Shown here piece after piece: positions 28,288 to 42,580 of a stretch of DNA of 64,000 bases (position 1 is the first letter of the stretch; every line of letters begins with the position of its first letter). The position numbers were made by a program, and so were the translations under genes. Source of the DNA: the human T2T-CHM13v2.0 reference genome, Homo sapiens; the NCBI RefSeq assembly GCF_009914755.1, contig NC_060926.1; one strand, given 5' to 3'. A model generated the notes under the pieces. That model saw only the letters and a program-made list of their open reading frames with translations, did no database searches and was not told the origin of the DNA.

Positions 28288-30989
28288 GAGGGGTTAGTTT
28301 GAGAGGAAAAATGTCACATTCAGCGAAAATTTTCAGAAATCAGAACGATGGTATTGACAGACATCCCAAATTACTGAGGATGGTGTTGGAGTTTGCCAAT
28401 AGTAAATCTTATAGTTCCTGTAAAAGAAAAACAAACAAAAAGCTGAGTAAATAAAAGAAGAACCACTGGATGTGTTTGGAAAGACTTGATCCCTGGTGAG
28501 AATGGGGACATGATTGAAATGAGGTAATCATCTACCAAAACCAAGGAAAATTGCTTAAAGGAAGAAGGAGAGGAACATGACCCAGAGACAATGAGAACTA
28601 TGAAAAGCTATTTGACAAGCCGATTCATCCCTCATCAGTGTCTAGGAGAAAGCAGACGCTACCCACATGCTGCCTATCTCCCAAAAAACTATGCAAAATG
28701 CAGTGCTGTCCCCAGAGTCATGCGAGGAGGTAACCCTGATGATGACGGGGGGAAGCGAGCTGCAAGGAATTCACCCTGCATTAGTGAGCAATCTATGTGT
28801 GGGCTGTGGTTTGGAGACATTTGGTGATTTTAAAAAGGAAGTGACAATGGGAGGCAAGAAGAAGGGAAAATGTCTCTCGGCATAGAGAATAAAAAATGTT
28901 TTTAAGCCATGTGGAACTAAGCAGTGGAGAGTCAGGCATCCAGTACTGAAGAAGAGCAAACAATCAAAAAAGAAAAAAGTATACCATTCTTAGCATAGTT
29001 TCTAATATAAGATAAATCTGTACAAATATTTATATCTAGAACCTATATTTATCAAAAATATTTCCTTAATGAAGCTTTTGTCTTTTAAAATTTAAAAATG
29101 TTAAATTTTCCTTCATGAAGCTTTTGTCTCTTTCAGAATTTCAAAGTTCTTTAATTTCAGTATTTTACATTGAAGTCCTTGCTGATATCATGGCATGAGG
29201 AATTTTCCAAATGTCTGCAAAACCATCATGGAGAAAAACTGTAATGAAAAGAAGTGTTCCTGAACTGAAATGTTATGGCTATTTTTGGATTTTTTTCTTT
29301 ACTTAATAATTGGCACAAAAATCAAATCCCTTAATCCTAAAGCACAACTCACCTTTGTCCTAATAATCAGAGATTCTATAAAATATAAAAACATACGAGT
29401 GTTTGAAAGTCCAGTACATTTCTGATTTTCAAATAAACCTGTGTGAACACAATATGGAAGACACATATGTGCTTGAACAAGGGCTACTTTATTAGATTTT
29501 CTGAGTCTTCTCAATTTGGTCTTGCCTTGAAGTCAGTGACTAGTGTATTGTGTCTTTGATCATAGTGTCAGCGTCTAAAAGATCTATTTGGCCTTTACTT
29601 TCAGAAAAGGGTAAAAGCTCTTCCTGGGAAAATGTATCCCTGTAAGCCAGCTGCCTTTCAAGTCAAAACAGAAGGGATCGTTTTCAGGCTACCCAGATAA
29701 CAAGCCTCCATTTTTCCCTTTCTTATGGTGGTACAGTCAGATAGCACTTAAGTGATAGAAAGAGTTTCTCCTAGGCTATATTACCTTGAAATGAATAAAA
29801 CTCAATGCATTATTGTAAAGGCAGAGATGTTCTGATTTTGGAAGCAGGAGGGTTTCAAAGTGGGATAACAGGGACGTAATACTGGTAAAATGAGAGGGCT
29901 GTCCATAATAAATGAAGAGTCTACCTGGAGAAACCAGCAAATTATTGTGTGAGAGAGGGACACATTAGTGAGACAAAAGAATTGCATTGGCTGAGTCACC
30001 TCAGATCTCAAGAGTAAATCATTACCATCAGGCCTCTCTCAAGGTATAATGGACCTGGCCTGTTTCAAGTCCAGGCAAGCTAGGAAGGACAATGTCTCTG
30101 AAACCAATTTAGCGTGGATTAGTATATCTCCAAAGTTCATGGCTCCAAACTGCTTACCTGTTGGTGAACACAACAGATATTTGGCCACTTTTCCTCTCAT
30201 TAACCTCAAACCACTATTTTCTGCTCTTTTCCACCTCTTGCCCTTACAGGGGCTGATACACCCACTCATCAATTATGTCCCAAGCTGATCCTGAAAAAGA
30301 AAGCTGTAAATGTTGTTCAAAGCCACCTTATTCTTGCTTTCATCCTGTTTAGGTCTAGTGTGCTTTTATGTCTTTCTGAGAATATTCTTAGCTCCCTCCC
30401 TGTCTTCCACGCTGAATTTGCCAGTCTTCTTAGATTGTGAAACTTAATGTGCCTTTATAATTTTCACCTTTTTCTCTCCCTGTTGCCCAATATCCTTTAT
30501 TTTCCAAGACCCAATTTAAAGAACAAGACTACTAACATTATCTCTCCCTATAGGTGAGAGAACCAACAATATGATATTTTATGTTTACACCCAAATCTAT
30601 GTTCTTTTCCAAATTCTTTCCCATAAATGTCAATAGGGAACTCTGATTTTGCAGATCACAGCAAAATATTATTGAGCCTAGTTCTTGGAACTTAGAGGCA
30701 ATGAATGAAGATCATGTTAATGTAGTTTAGAGACAAACTAGGAAGGAGCTATGGTCAAAGAAAGTTTGGAAAGGCAGAAGACTCAAGCCCTGCAACAGAA
30801 TTACCCAGGAATGATAACATTGTCACTCCCCCATCTTGCCACCTTCTTTGTGCTAAGGAAATGTGAAGGTGGAAAACTGGCTTTAATATCTGTTATGTTC
30901 AAGTATGGTATCCTTCCCAGTGCGGTGTGTTGACTCACTTGACACAGTTACAGAGGATGTGAATGGGAGGACAGAGAGGGCCCTAGCTG

Positions 30990-31125
30990 TGGGCTGGCCA
31001 TACAATTTATCATCCAAAACGGAACAACTTTGACAGTGAAATGGAGTGTGCTTTTAATAATTATGCCTAAACAACGTGTTAACTGAAATGGCCCAGAAAC
31101 AATGGTGTGTATTAAATACTTCCTA
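30990..31125. mobile_element. MER94-like hAT-Blackjack MITE
   Basis: ggccatacaatttatcatccaaaacggaac...tgacagtgaaa...ttaataattatgcc. Confidence 0.7.
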
Positions 31126-31617
31126 TTTAAGAGGTTTGTGGAAAAAAAGAAAACGGTGAAAGAAACTACCCCTTGTCCAGTTTTTACTCAAGTAGCAAAA
31201 TACCTTGGATTTCATAGCAGGAACAGAAAACACACTCCAAAATAGGAATTACAACCATTTTTGAGGCACCAAATAATACCAGTTTAAAGATGTGGCAAAC
31301 AAACTGGTGGTCAATTGAAATTGAAGAACGAGTTCTCAAAAGGCCAACATAAAGGTGAAAAATACGCTCTATCTCCAGTTCAGGAATAGCTGTTCTTCCA
31401 CCTGTCACATGGTTGTAGTTTTGTTATTTTGTCAGGTGAGCTGGTTGCAGAAACTCATCCTGGAGATGACCCTAATTGCCATGTCTTCCTAGAAAGTGCA
31501 AATACGGTAAAGCCACAGCTATAATACTGAGAAGCCATTGGTCCTACCCACAAGTGAAAGTGTGCAGTGTGTCCTTCACCTCAACATATAGAAGGGTGAT
31601 TTGCATACTTGTGATAC

Positions 31618-32296
<679 letters not shown>

Positions 32297-32349
32297 GATA
32301 CCATGAACTGTTTTATCTAGTGGAATCCAACACTATTCATGATAACAGT

Positions 32350-32555
32350 AATATAATAACTATAACAGAAGGTGCCATCCTGGAACAGATACTCTGTGTC
32401 AGGCACCGTGCCCCCTGCTTCTTACATGGCAGCTCTAAAAATCCTGACCTCCCTCACAACTAGTTCTATGGTGTACTGTCATCTCTAATTCTGCAGATGT
32501 GAAAACTGGCACAGAAGAGTTTCATAAGATTTGTGTATGAGCACAACGTAAGAGA
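32350..32555 (-). mobile_element. MIR (continues at ~32927-32975 after the MLT1 insert)
   Basis: actctgtgtcaggcaccgtgc...cctcacaac...cagatgtgaaaactggcacagaagag. Confidence 0.7.
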
Positions 32556-32556
32556 T

Positions 32557-32926
32557 TGTATTTGTTTGCTAGGGCTGCAAAAACAAAATACCTGAGACTG
32601 GGCAGCTTAAACCACAGACATTTGTTTTCTCACAGTTCTGGAGGCTGCAAGTCCAAGATTGAGATGTCAGCAGGTGTTGCTCACCGTCTTGCTACATCTA
32701 CACATGGTGTCTTCTCTGTTTGTGAACAACCCTGGTATCTCTGTGTATCCAAATTTCTCTTTTTATAATGACTTGGTCAGATTGAATTAGGACCCACCCT
32801 AACAGACTCATTTTCACTTTATCAGCTCCTTAGAAGTTCTATGTCCAAATACAGCCACATTCTGAGGTACAAGGCATTAAGGCTTCAACACACAAATTCA
32901 AGGGGGACACAGTTCAAGCCATGACA
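32557..32926 (-). mobile_element. MLT1B/C-like solo LTR inserted in MIR
   Basis: tgtatttgtttgctagggctgc...cacagttctggaggctgcaagtccaagat...cacattctgaggtac...gggggacacagttcaagccatgaca. Confidence 0.85.
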
Positions 32927-34329
32927 GTGACCTAGCTGAAATTCAAAATTGGTCTAAGTTTAAAACCATGTTTTCCCTGTCATACCTGGCTCCAACCACT
33001 GAAGGCAGGTACTTTATTCTATGCTTTAAGAGAAGCATATTTTCAGGTTACTGCCTCTATCCCCTAAGAGTTTTCAGCATAGGAGAACAGAGAAATAAGT
33101 TGACAACTTACTCTACTGCAAAACAAAATGCAATCATAATTAAATAAGAGCCCTCAGAAGACCATATAGCAAAATGGATCAAAGTACTTCTGAAATTAGA
33201 GTACCTGAGTTCAAATCTACAATTCAGTCGCAGATAGCAGAAGCAATTAAAGTAAGAATCCTACCCATTCATTAAAAAACTATGTATTGAGAGTCTACCA
33301 GGTGCCATGCATTGTTCTAGCCTCTTGAGATACATTATACAGCTCTACATGATTATTCAAAAAAGTGTTTGCAAAATAAATGAGACAGTTTATACCAACT
33401 GCCTGATGCTGCCTATTATCTTTAAACGAGGTCTTTGTGGATAATCCAAATTTGCTGATTTAAAGGATTTTTTAAGTTAATTAAGTATAGGAAAGAATTA
33501 AATAGGAAGATGTAAGGTATTTTTAAATTTAATATTCTTTCAAAGCAATAATAAAATATTCAAGAGGGACAATATTCAAATAGGAAGCGGAACTGACCAA
33601 ACCATTGGAAAAAAGCTTTCTGACCAAGTGGTTCTGAGACATCTTAAAAAACCAACTTAATGCCGGGCTCTGACTATATGAGAGAAGAATTTGGACAAAA
33701 GATAATAAAGAAATCTTTGAGATAAGTTACCTGAAACTGCCAAGAAAATTCTGATCTGATTCTATATCCACATCTGTACCTCGCCCCTTCTCCTTGTGGA
33801 AATGCAGAGTCCTGGGCCAGTCTGCTCAGGCCTTCCAGCACTAAACATACTCTGTTGAGACATAACATAGGATCAGAGATTTACAAAGACCAGAATCATC
33901 TAGCACAGTGATACAAGTATGTGTCATTCTAGAGAGACCTCTCTGTATACTGATGTTTATCTGTTTAAAAACACACATCAGGATTAAGGTAAAAGGGTAT
34001 ATGTTTCACTAGGTCACACTTTGCATATGTAGTGGCCACATTTTTTATGATTTTAAAGATATGAGACATCATACAAGTTTGCAGAATTTCAAATAAGACC
34101 GCAGAGCCCAGGAGCTCTGGACAACATTAAATTCAGCCATCTAATAAAACACTCTCCATAGTTGTCATGACAACATCCTCCTTCTTCCCATTTGAAGTAT
34201 GCCTCCTTCTTCTAGATGGAAGTGTTTATTTGGTGTCTGTTGGGAGGCTATAATTTTTTATTGAAATACACAGTTGAAAGGGCATTGAATTGGAATTCAC
34301 TGAGCCTTGTTTAAGATTACTGTATATGA

Positions 34330-34772
<443 letters not shown>

Positions 34773-35399
34773 TTTTAACAATATTTTTAAAAGACCTAAC
34801 TTAAAGCCCAAAAGATTTAAAATTGTCAGCCTAGATTTTAGTCCTTCCAGAACCAGGTATTCCAATTGTGGGTAAGTGGGCTTCTACAAATTTATAAAAA
34901 ATGAGTTTTTATGGTGCTGGCAATGGGGTTCCTAATGAATTTGTCTGGGAAAGTCATTTGTCGTTACTTTTTAAATGGGTTTCTGTTCCTGAGAGAAAGG
35001 TACTTGTTGCTGATAAACCTAGTTCGTGCTGAAATACTGCACATGCACTCCACGGATCTCTCCGTGGACCCTGTTCCATCTCCACGTCACAGTTTTTCCT
35101 CACCTGCCCACCTTCCTCCAACATTTCACTCTTGCAATTTGCTCATCCAGGAAAAACTCACTTTATGCAAAAGCAAACAATAATCGAAGAGAATTTTGCC
35201 CTGATTCCTTTGAAATTGTTGTATGTATACTGAAAGAACAATAGCAAAATGATAGAGCAATGAACGCCACTAAAACAAAACAAAACAAAAAATTTTTTTG
35301 GAGCAAATAAAGATCGTGTAGCCTTTTACTCAAATGTTTACCTCCATAAAATAGGATCTGAAAATCAAAGAGAAAAGAACTCAAAATTTTTTACAGGAG

Positions 35400-36130
35400 G
35401 TGGAAAAATGTGCTTGTAAAAGTCAGAAAAAAAGTGAGACAGAAAAATAAAACTGTCTCTGTGAAGGCCAGATTGGAAGCAGCAAGAAAAGAAATTCTAC
35501 ATGGCTGAAAATGTGAAAAGGAACATGTTAGGAGGTCTTGAGAAAAATGAGCAATGTATTGCTTAAAAATTATTTTAAAAGAGTTAAAATGATGATTATA
35601 GGAGATAAAAATTCCATATGTAAATAAGTATTGTCTCTGAATAAGAAATAAATGAATTGAACCCAACAACAACAAAATAACTTTAAAAACTTTCAAAAAA
35701 ACAACTATCGAGTACTATGCTTAGTAAGTCGCTGACGAGTTTGCACATCAAACCCCCATGACAGGAGTTCACCTGTATTAACAAACCTGCACATGTACTC
35801 CTGAACCTGAAATAAAAGTTAAAAAAAAAAAACAACTTTATTTTGAAATACGTAGAGGCTCGCACCTAGATACTAAAAGGTTACACTGTATCCCAGGGAA
35901 AACTGATTCAAAATATTCTATAGCAATGCATCATAAAAATTTTGGAATTTAGAATTAGAAACTGTTTTAGACATGAAAGCAAAATATTAAGTTATCTACA
36001 AAGAGAAAATTAGACTGACTTCAAAGTTATCCAAAACAACATTAAGTGCCAGAAGAAATATACAAAATGCTCAGAAAAAGAATATGTGTGTGAGAGAGAG
36101 ACACAAAAATGTAGTATTCAACCATGTGCA
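35400..36130 (+). mobile_element. Ancient L1/HAL1 ORF1-like relic
   Basis: cactgtatcccagggaaaactgat...agttatctacaaagagaaaattagactgacttca...aagtgccagaaga follows the ORF1 C-terminal pattern. Confidence 0.55.
35695..35832 (+). mobile_element. L1P (L1PA15/16-like) 3'-end fragment
   Basis: aaacccccatgaca...acaaacctgcacatgtactcctgaacctgaaataaaagtt followed by an A-tail. Confidence 0.8.
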
Positions 36131-36413
36131 TGCTTAAACCAATCTTTTTTAAAAAATTATCTTCATTTTTAAAAATATCTAGGCCCTACAATGCTATGCT
36201 GAGCAGTAAATATTTTAAGAGAAATGGATCTAAACTGTCACCGTTGTATATAACATTTATCGTAAGATTTATATTCTATATTTGTATATGTACGCTTATT
36301 TTTATGTATTTTTATATATTTAAAATTCTATATTTATTTTATATACACATTTGTATAAATACATTCCTCTCTAGTCTTCTAAGTTTTTAAAAATGACACA
36401 AAGGTTTAAGTTT

Positions 36414-36726
36414 TTGTTTGTTTGTTTGCTTGTTTGTTTGTTTTGTTGAGAGGGAGTTTCACTCTTGCCCAGGCTGAAGTGCAAAGGCAAAATCTCAGCT
36501 CACTGCAACCTCCGCCTCCTGGGTTCAAGTGATTCTCTTGCCTCAGCCTCCTGAGTAGCTGGGATTACAGGCACCTGCCACCACACCCGGCTAATTTTTG
36601 TGTTTCTAGTAGAGACAGGGTTTCACCATGTTGGCCAGGCTGGTCTCAAACTCCTGACCTTAGGTGATCCACCAAACTCGGCCTCCCAAAGTGCTGGGAT
36701 TATAGGCATGAGCCACCGTGCCCGCC
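36414..36726 (-). mobile_element. AluS, (TTTG)n tail
   Basis: TSD aaaggtttaagttt at 36400-36413 and 36730-36743. Confidence 0.96.
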
Positions 36727-36747
36727 TATAAAGGTTTAAGTTTAATC

Positions 36748-37290
36748 ATTTTTATTTAGTTTTTAATATTTTGTTTGTTTTTATAGATTTAGGGATAAAA
36801 GCACAGCTGTGTTACATGAATGCATTACGCATTGGTGAACCCTGGGCTGTTGGTGTACCCATCACTCAAATAACGTACAGTATACCCAACAGGTAATTTT
36901 TCAGCTTTCACCACCCCCTAACCCTTTGGAGTCTTCAATGTCTATATCCCACTGTGTATGTCCATGTGTTCCCATTATTAGTTCCCAGTTATAAGTAAGA
37001 ACATGTGTTTATTTTCACTTTTTGTTTCTGAGTCATTTCGCTTTTGGCCTCCAATTCCATCCATGTTGCTACAGAGGAAGTGATTTCATTCTTTTCTATG
37101 GCCAAGTTAGTATTCCGTGGTGTGTGTTTGTGTGTATGTGTGTGTGTGTGTATACACATTATATATACATCTTATTTTAAAACCTAATCATGAATTGATG
37201 GACAATTAGTTTGGGTCCATAACTTTGCTATTGTGAACAGTGCTATGATAAACATTTAAGTGCAGGTGTATTTTTGGTATAATGATTTAT
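36748..37290 (-). mobile_element. L1PB3/4-like 3' end, antisense
   Basis: gttacatgaatgcatt...gtacccatcactcaaata...ataagtaagaacatg...ttgctattgtgaacagtgct. Confidence 0.85.
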
Positions 37291-37755
37291 TTAAGGTACA
37301 TTTAATCCATTTAAAATCACATGTGTATTTCTTTATGTATATATTTTATGTATTTTTTATTCTGTATTTATTACATATATTCATATATATTCTCATTCTA
37401 GTTTACTGAGGTTTTAAAAAATCACGTATAAAGATTTTAATATTTCTAAAGAATTTTATTGAATGTTTTCTTCTACCTCTCAAAATCTTTTTAGAATTTT
37501 CGTCATTTATTCTATTAATCTATTAATCTATTGATAGAATTTTCTGATGGTAAAATGTCTTCTTTTAGAGATAAACTGTATTGGATCATTTCTATTTTTA
37601 TACACAGTTCTATTTGCGTAGCTTTGCATTAAAATCTACTTAGACTATTTTAAATGTTCACACTTTTTTTTTCTAAATTAAAGTTTGTTGTATATTTTTT
37701 TCATTGACTTAACATTCAACCTTCCTGTGTCTCTGGGGAGTTTTGATAGAAAATC

Positions 37756-40066
37756 CAGGCAAACCTCAGAGCTACTGCAGGTTTGGGTCTAGACCACTTC
37801 AATAAAGCAGATTTTGCAACAAAACAAGTCACACAAAATTGTTTGGTTTCCCTGTGCATATGAAAACTACACCATATTTTAATCTATTAAGTGTACAATA
37901 GCATTATGTCTAAGACGTATGTATACGTGTATTTAATTAAAAATACTTTATTGATCTAAAATGCCGGCAGTCATCAGAGCACCTGAGCCGTGAGTGAGTT
38001 GTAATCATTTTGCTGGTAGAGGATTTGGCTTCAGGTTGAAGGCTGTTGACTGATCAACATGGTGAGTGACGAAGGTTGAGGTGACTACATCTATTGAGTC
38101 TTTCTTTCACAGAAGATTTCTCTGTAGCATGTAATGTTGTTTGATAGCATTTTACTCACAGTAGAAGTTCTCTCAAAATTGGAGTCAATCTTTTCAAACC
38201 TTGCTGCTGCTTTATCAACTAAGTTGATGTAATATCTTTGTTGTCATTTCAAGAACGTTCACAACATCTTCGGGAGGAGTAAATTTTATCTCCATAAACC
38301 TCTTCCTTTGCTCACCTACAAAAACTAACTCCTTATCGGTTAAAGTTTCATCATGAGATTGAAGCAATTCAGTCACATCTTCAGGCTCCACTTCTAATTC
38401 TAGTTCTGTTGCTATTTCATCCACATCTTCAGCTACTTCCTCCAAGGAAGTCTTGAACCTCTCAAAGTAATTCATGAAGGTGGAAATCAACTTCCTCCAA
38501 ACTCCCGTTATTGTTGATATTTTCATGTCTTTCTATGAGTCATGAATATTCTTAGCAATATATAGTATGGTGAATGCTTTCCAGGGGTTTTCAAATTTAC
38601 TTTGCTTAGATCCATAGAGGAATCACTATTATGGCAGCTATAGCTGTGGTATTTCTTAAATAATAAGAAGATTTGAAAGTCAAAATTACTATTTGATCTT
38701 AGCAGCATAATGCATGCTGTGTTAGCAGGCATGAAAACAACATTTATCTCCTTTCACATCTCCATCAGAGCTCTTGGGTCACTAGGTCAATGAACATAAT
38801 ATTTTAAACAACTTTTTTTTCTGAGCAGTAGGCCTCAACTAAGGCTTAAAAATATTTAGTGAATCATGCTGTAAATAGGTGCTGTTTCCATTTATAGAGC
38901 ACAAGCGGAGTAGATTCAGCATAATTCTTAAGGGCCCTAGGATTTTTGGAGTGATAAATGTGCATTGGCTTCAACCTAATGCCACCAGATGCACTGGTCC
39001 CCTAGCAAGAGAGTCAGCCAGTCCTCTGAAACTTTAAAGCCAGGCATTAACTTCTCTTCTGTAGCTATGAAAGTTATAGATAGCATTGTTTTCCAGTAAA
39101 AGGCTGTTTCACCTATACAGAAAATTTGTTGTTGAATGTAGCCACCTTCATCAGCCATCTTACTGAGATCTTCTAGATAACTTGCTGCAGCTTCTCCATC
39201 AGCTCTTGCTGCCGCACCTGCGTTTTATGTTCTGGAGATGGCTTCTCTCCTTAAACCTCATGAACCAACATCTGCTAGCTTCAAGCTTTTCTTCTGTAGC
39301 TTTCCTGTCTCTTGAAGCCTTCATGGTATTGAAGAATTAGGGCCTTGCTGTGGATGAGGTTTGGCTTAGGAGAATGTTGTGTATGGTTGGATCGTCTATG
39401 TAGGCTACTAAAATGTTCTCCCTGTCAGCAATAAGGCTCTTTTGCTTTGTTATCATTTGTGTATTCACTGAAGTGGCAATTTTAATTTCTATCAGGAGCT
39501 TTTTCGTGCGTTCCTAACTTGGCTAACTGTTTAGCACAAGAGGACTAGATTTCGGCCTGTCTCAGCTTTTGAAATGCCTTCCTCGCGCACTGCGCTTAAT
39601 CATTTCTAGTTTTGGAAAATGATACACATTTGACTCTTTCTTTAACTTGAACCCTTAGAGGCCATTGTAGGGTTACTAATTGGCTTAATTTCAATATTGT
39701 TGTTTCTCAAAAAATAGGAAGAGAGATAAGAAACAGCCATTTGGTGGAGCAATCAGAACACACTTAACATTTATCGACTAAATTTGTCATCTTACATGAG
39801 CATGGTTTATTATAGCCCAAAACAATTATAATAGTAATATCGAAGATTACTGATAACATAACAGATATAATGATAATGAAAAAGGTTAAAAAGTTGCGAA
39901 GATTACCCGAATGTGGTACAGAGATGCAAAGTGAGCACATTCTGGTGGAAAAAAATGATGCCAATAGACTTGTTCCACGCAGTGTTACCAAAATCTTTCA
40001 ATTTATAAAAAACCCAATATCTGGGAAGCACAGTAAAGCCAAGTGAAATGAAATGAAGTATGTCAG
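37756..40066 (-). mobile_element. Tigger1 DNA transposon, near full length (~2.3 kb), transposase pseudogenised
   Basis: Termini caggcaaacctc and gaagtatgtcag+TA; minus-strand ORF pieces (FKTSLEEVAEDVDEIATELELEVEPEDVTELLQSHD; [14 protein letters not shown]) match the Tigger1 pogo-type transposase. Confidence 0.95.
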
Positions 40067-40109
40067 TACATTACTGATATGAATGTATTTATCTGACCCC
40101 TTTTAGATA

Positions 40110-42580
40110 TATGAATTTTATTGACATGTAACTATGTGTCATAAATTGAATCATTTTTAAGTAACTAATTCAGTGATTATTGAAAAATTTACACATCTTG
40201 TTACCACAGCAACAATCAAGCTACATTCTGGTCCTTCCAGAAGTTTCCTTCATACACTTTTTCCAGGCAAATCCTCTCCCCTTCAATTTCAGGTATCCAG
40301 TAATCTACTGTCATTATGAATTGGCTTAATCTTTTGTAGAATTTCATATAAATGGAATCACATAGTACGCACTCTTCATGCCTGTCCTCATTTTGTTGAG
40401 TGTAATAATTTTGAGATGAATTCATGTTTTATGTGTATTATCCCTTTGTTCCTTTTTATTGATGAGTAGTATTCCATTATATATGTCATGGAATCTATAC
40501 ATGTATATACCACATTTGTTTATCAGATTACCCATTGATGGACATTAAGATTGTTTCCGTTTTTGGTTAAATCTGCTATAAACATTCCAATACAGATATT
40601 TGTGAGGACATAATTTTTTCTTTCTTGTAGATAATGACTTCGGAGAGCTCATATGGTAAGTATTTATAGGAAACTGAAAGACTTTTTAAAATGGTTATAT
40701 GATTTTTTTTTTTTTTTTTTTGAGAGGGAGTCTTCCTCTGATGCCTAGGCTGGAGTGCAGTGGTGCAATCTGGGCTCACTGCAACCTCCGCCTCCTGGGT
40801 TCAAGCAATTCTCCTGCTTCAGCCTCCTGAGTAGCTGGGATTAGGTGCATGCACCATGCTCAGCTAATTTTTGAATTTAATTTTTTTTTTTTAGTAGAGA
40901 CGGGGTTTCACCATGTTGGCCAGGCTGGTCTCAAACTCCTAAACTTGTGATCCGCCTGCCTCAGCCTCCCAAAGTTCTGGGATTTCAGACGTGAGCCACT
41001 GCGCCCGGCAAAAATTGATTATATGATTTTTTTGATTCACATTGTTCATGAGAATTTAATTTGCTTCACATTTTCTTCTACCCTTTGTATTTTCAGTCAT
41101 TTTAACTTTTGCCATTCTATTAGGTATGCAATGGTATACTGTTGTAATTTTAATTTGCGTTTTTATAATTACCAATGATACTGAACATTTTTTCATGTGT
41201 TTTTCTCATCCATATATCTCCTTTAATGAAGGGTCTATTCAAATATTTTTGCTGTTTTAGCCCTTCTTGTTTCACTGTAAGAGTTTCTTATATATTCTAA
41301 ATATGATCCCCTTGTCAGGTAAATGTATTGTGAAGATTTTCTCTTAATGTTTGGCTGTACTTTTAATCTTGTAACAGGGCCTTTCAAAAGTAATTTTTTA
41401 AAATTTGTCAACTTTATTTATTTCTTCCCATGGTTCATGCTTCTTGTATCCTAAGAAATGTGTGTTTACTTTAAATTCACAATGATCTTGTCTGTATGCT
41501 TGCAGAAGTTTTTTTATCATTTTGCTCTTTAATTTTGTTACGTATTTCAAGTTAATTTTTGAATTACTGAGGAAATGAATTATATGAGGAAATGGTGCTG
41601 GATAAATACATCCAATTCGTCCATCATCATTTGTTGAAAAGCACTCATTTTTTCCCACTTCAATGTTTGTTGAAAATGTCTTACTTATGTATGTGTGTAT
41701 CTATTTCTGAATTCTTAATTCTGCTTAATCTATCTATGTTAATGACCCTAAGCTTCTGTCATGGTGTCCTGATTACAGTATTTTTCAGATCAGGCAATAA
41801 GTCCTCCAGATTTGTTTTACTATTTCAAAACTCTTTTGGTGAGTCTAGATGATTAGCATTATAATATATATTTTAGAATCTGTCAATTGCTTCAAAAAAG
41901 ACTGCTGAGATTTTGATTGAGTGTATTAAATCTCTATATCAATTTTATGATAATTCATATCCTAACAATATTAAATTTTCCAAAACAGGACCTTAGTATA
42001 TCTAATTATTTAGTCCTCATTTGATTTTTCTTGTTTCCGTTTTTTTTTTTTTTTTTGGTTTATTTGTTTTTGTTCTTAATTTTCACTTTATAGTTTTTAT
42101 ACACATTTTGTTAAATTATTTCTGAACATTTCATATACTTTTACTATTACAAATTATATTTTCTATTTATTTTGCCACTGTTTATTGCAAACAGGTAGAA
42201 AAGTGATGGGTTAGTTTGCTATTGGTTGGTATCCTGCATACCGGTAAAACTGAATTTTGGTTCTATATATTATCATTTGTAGGCTCTTAAAATATCAGCA
42301 AACATGATGATGGCATCATCAAATAAGAATAGCTGTTTCTTCTCATATCCAATTTTTCTGTTTTTTTTTTCTTCCTTATTGCATTGACTGGGGCATCCAT
42401 TTAGTTATAGGGCATCCATAAATAAATAAATTTTTAATTTTTTTTAACTTTTTTCAAATGCTTCTGCATCCATTGAGATGATCATATATATTTTTTCTTT
42501 TTTAGTGTGATAAAGTACATTGATGCTGGAACTTTGAATCAATGTCGTACATCTGAGTTAAGCCCCAACTGGTTCTATAT
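40110..42580 (-). mobile_element. Old L1M 3' UTR/ORF2 relic, antisense
   Basis: ttttgtagaatttcatataaatggaatcacatag...gagtagtattccatt...catcatttgttgaaaag...gctgagattttgattg. Confidence 0.85.
40703..41009 (-). mobile_element. AluS inserted in L1M
   Basis: Antisense dimeric Alu; decayed TSD core ttatatgattttt on both sides. Confidence 0.95.

Noticed and set aside
27896-28454. His/Thr- and Cys/Val-rich ORFs resembling metal-binding proteins
   Set aside because: Artefacts of the (TG)n tract being open in all six frames
38215-39158. TIGD-like domesticated transposase gene
   Set aside because: Short broken ORFs inside a Tigger1 with both termini; the catalytic motif is decayed
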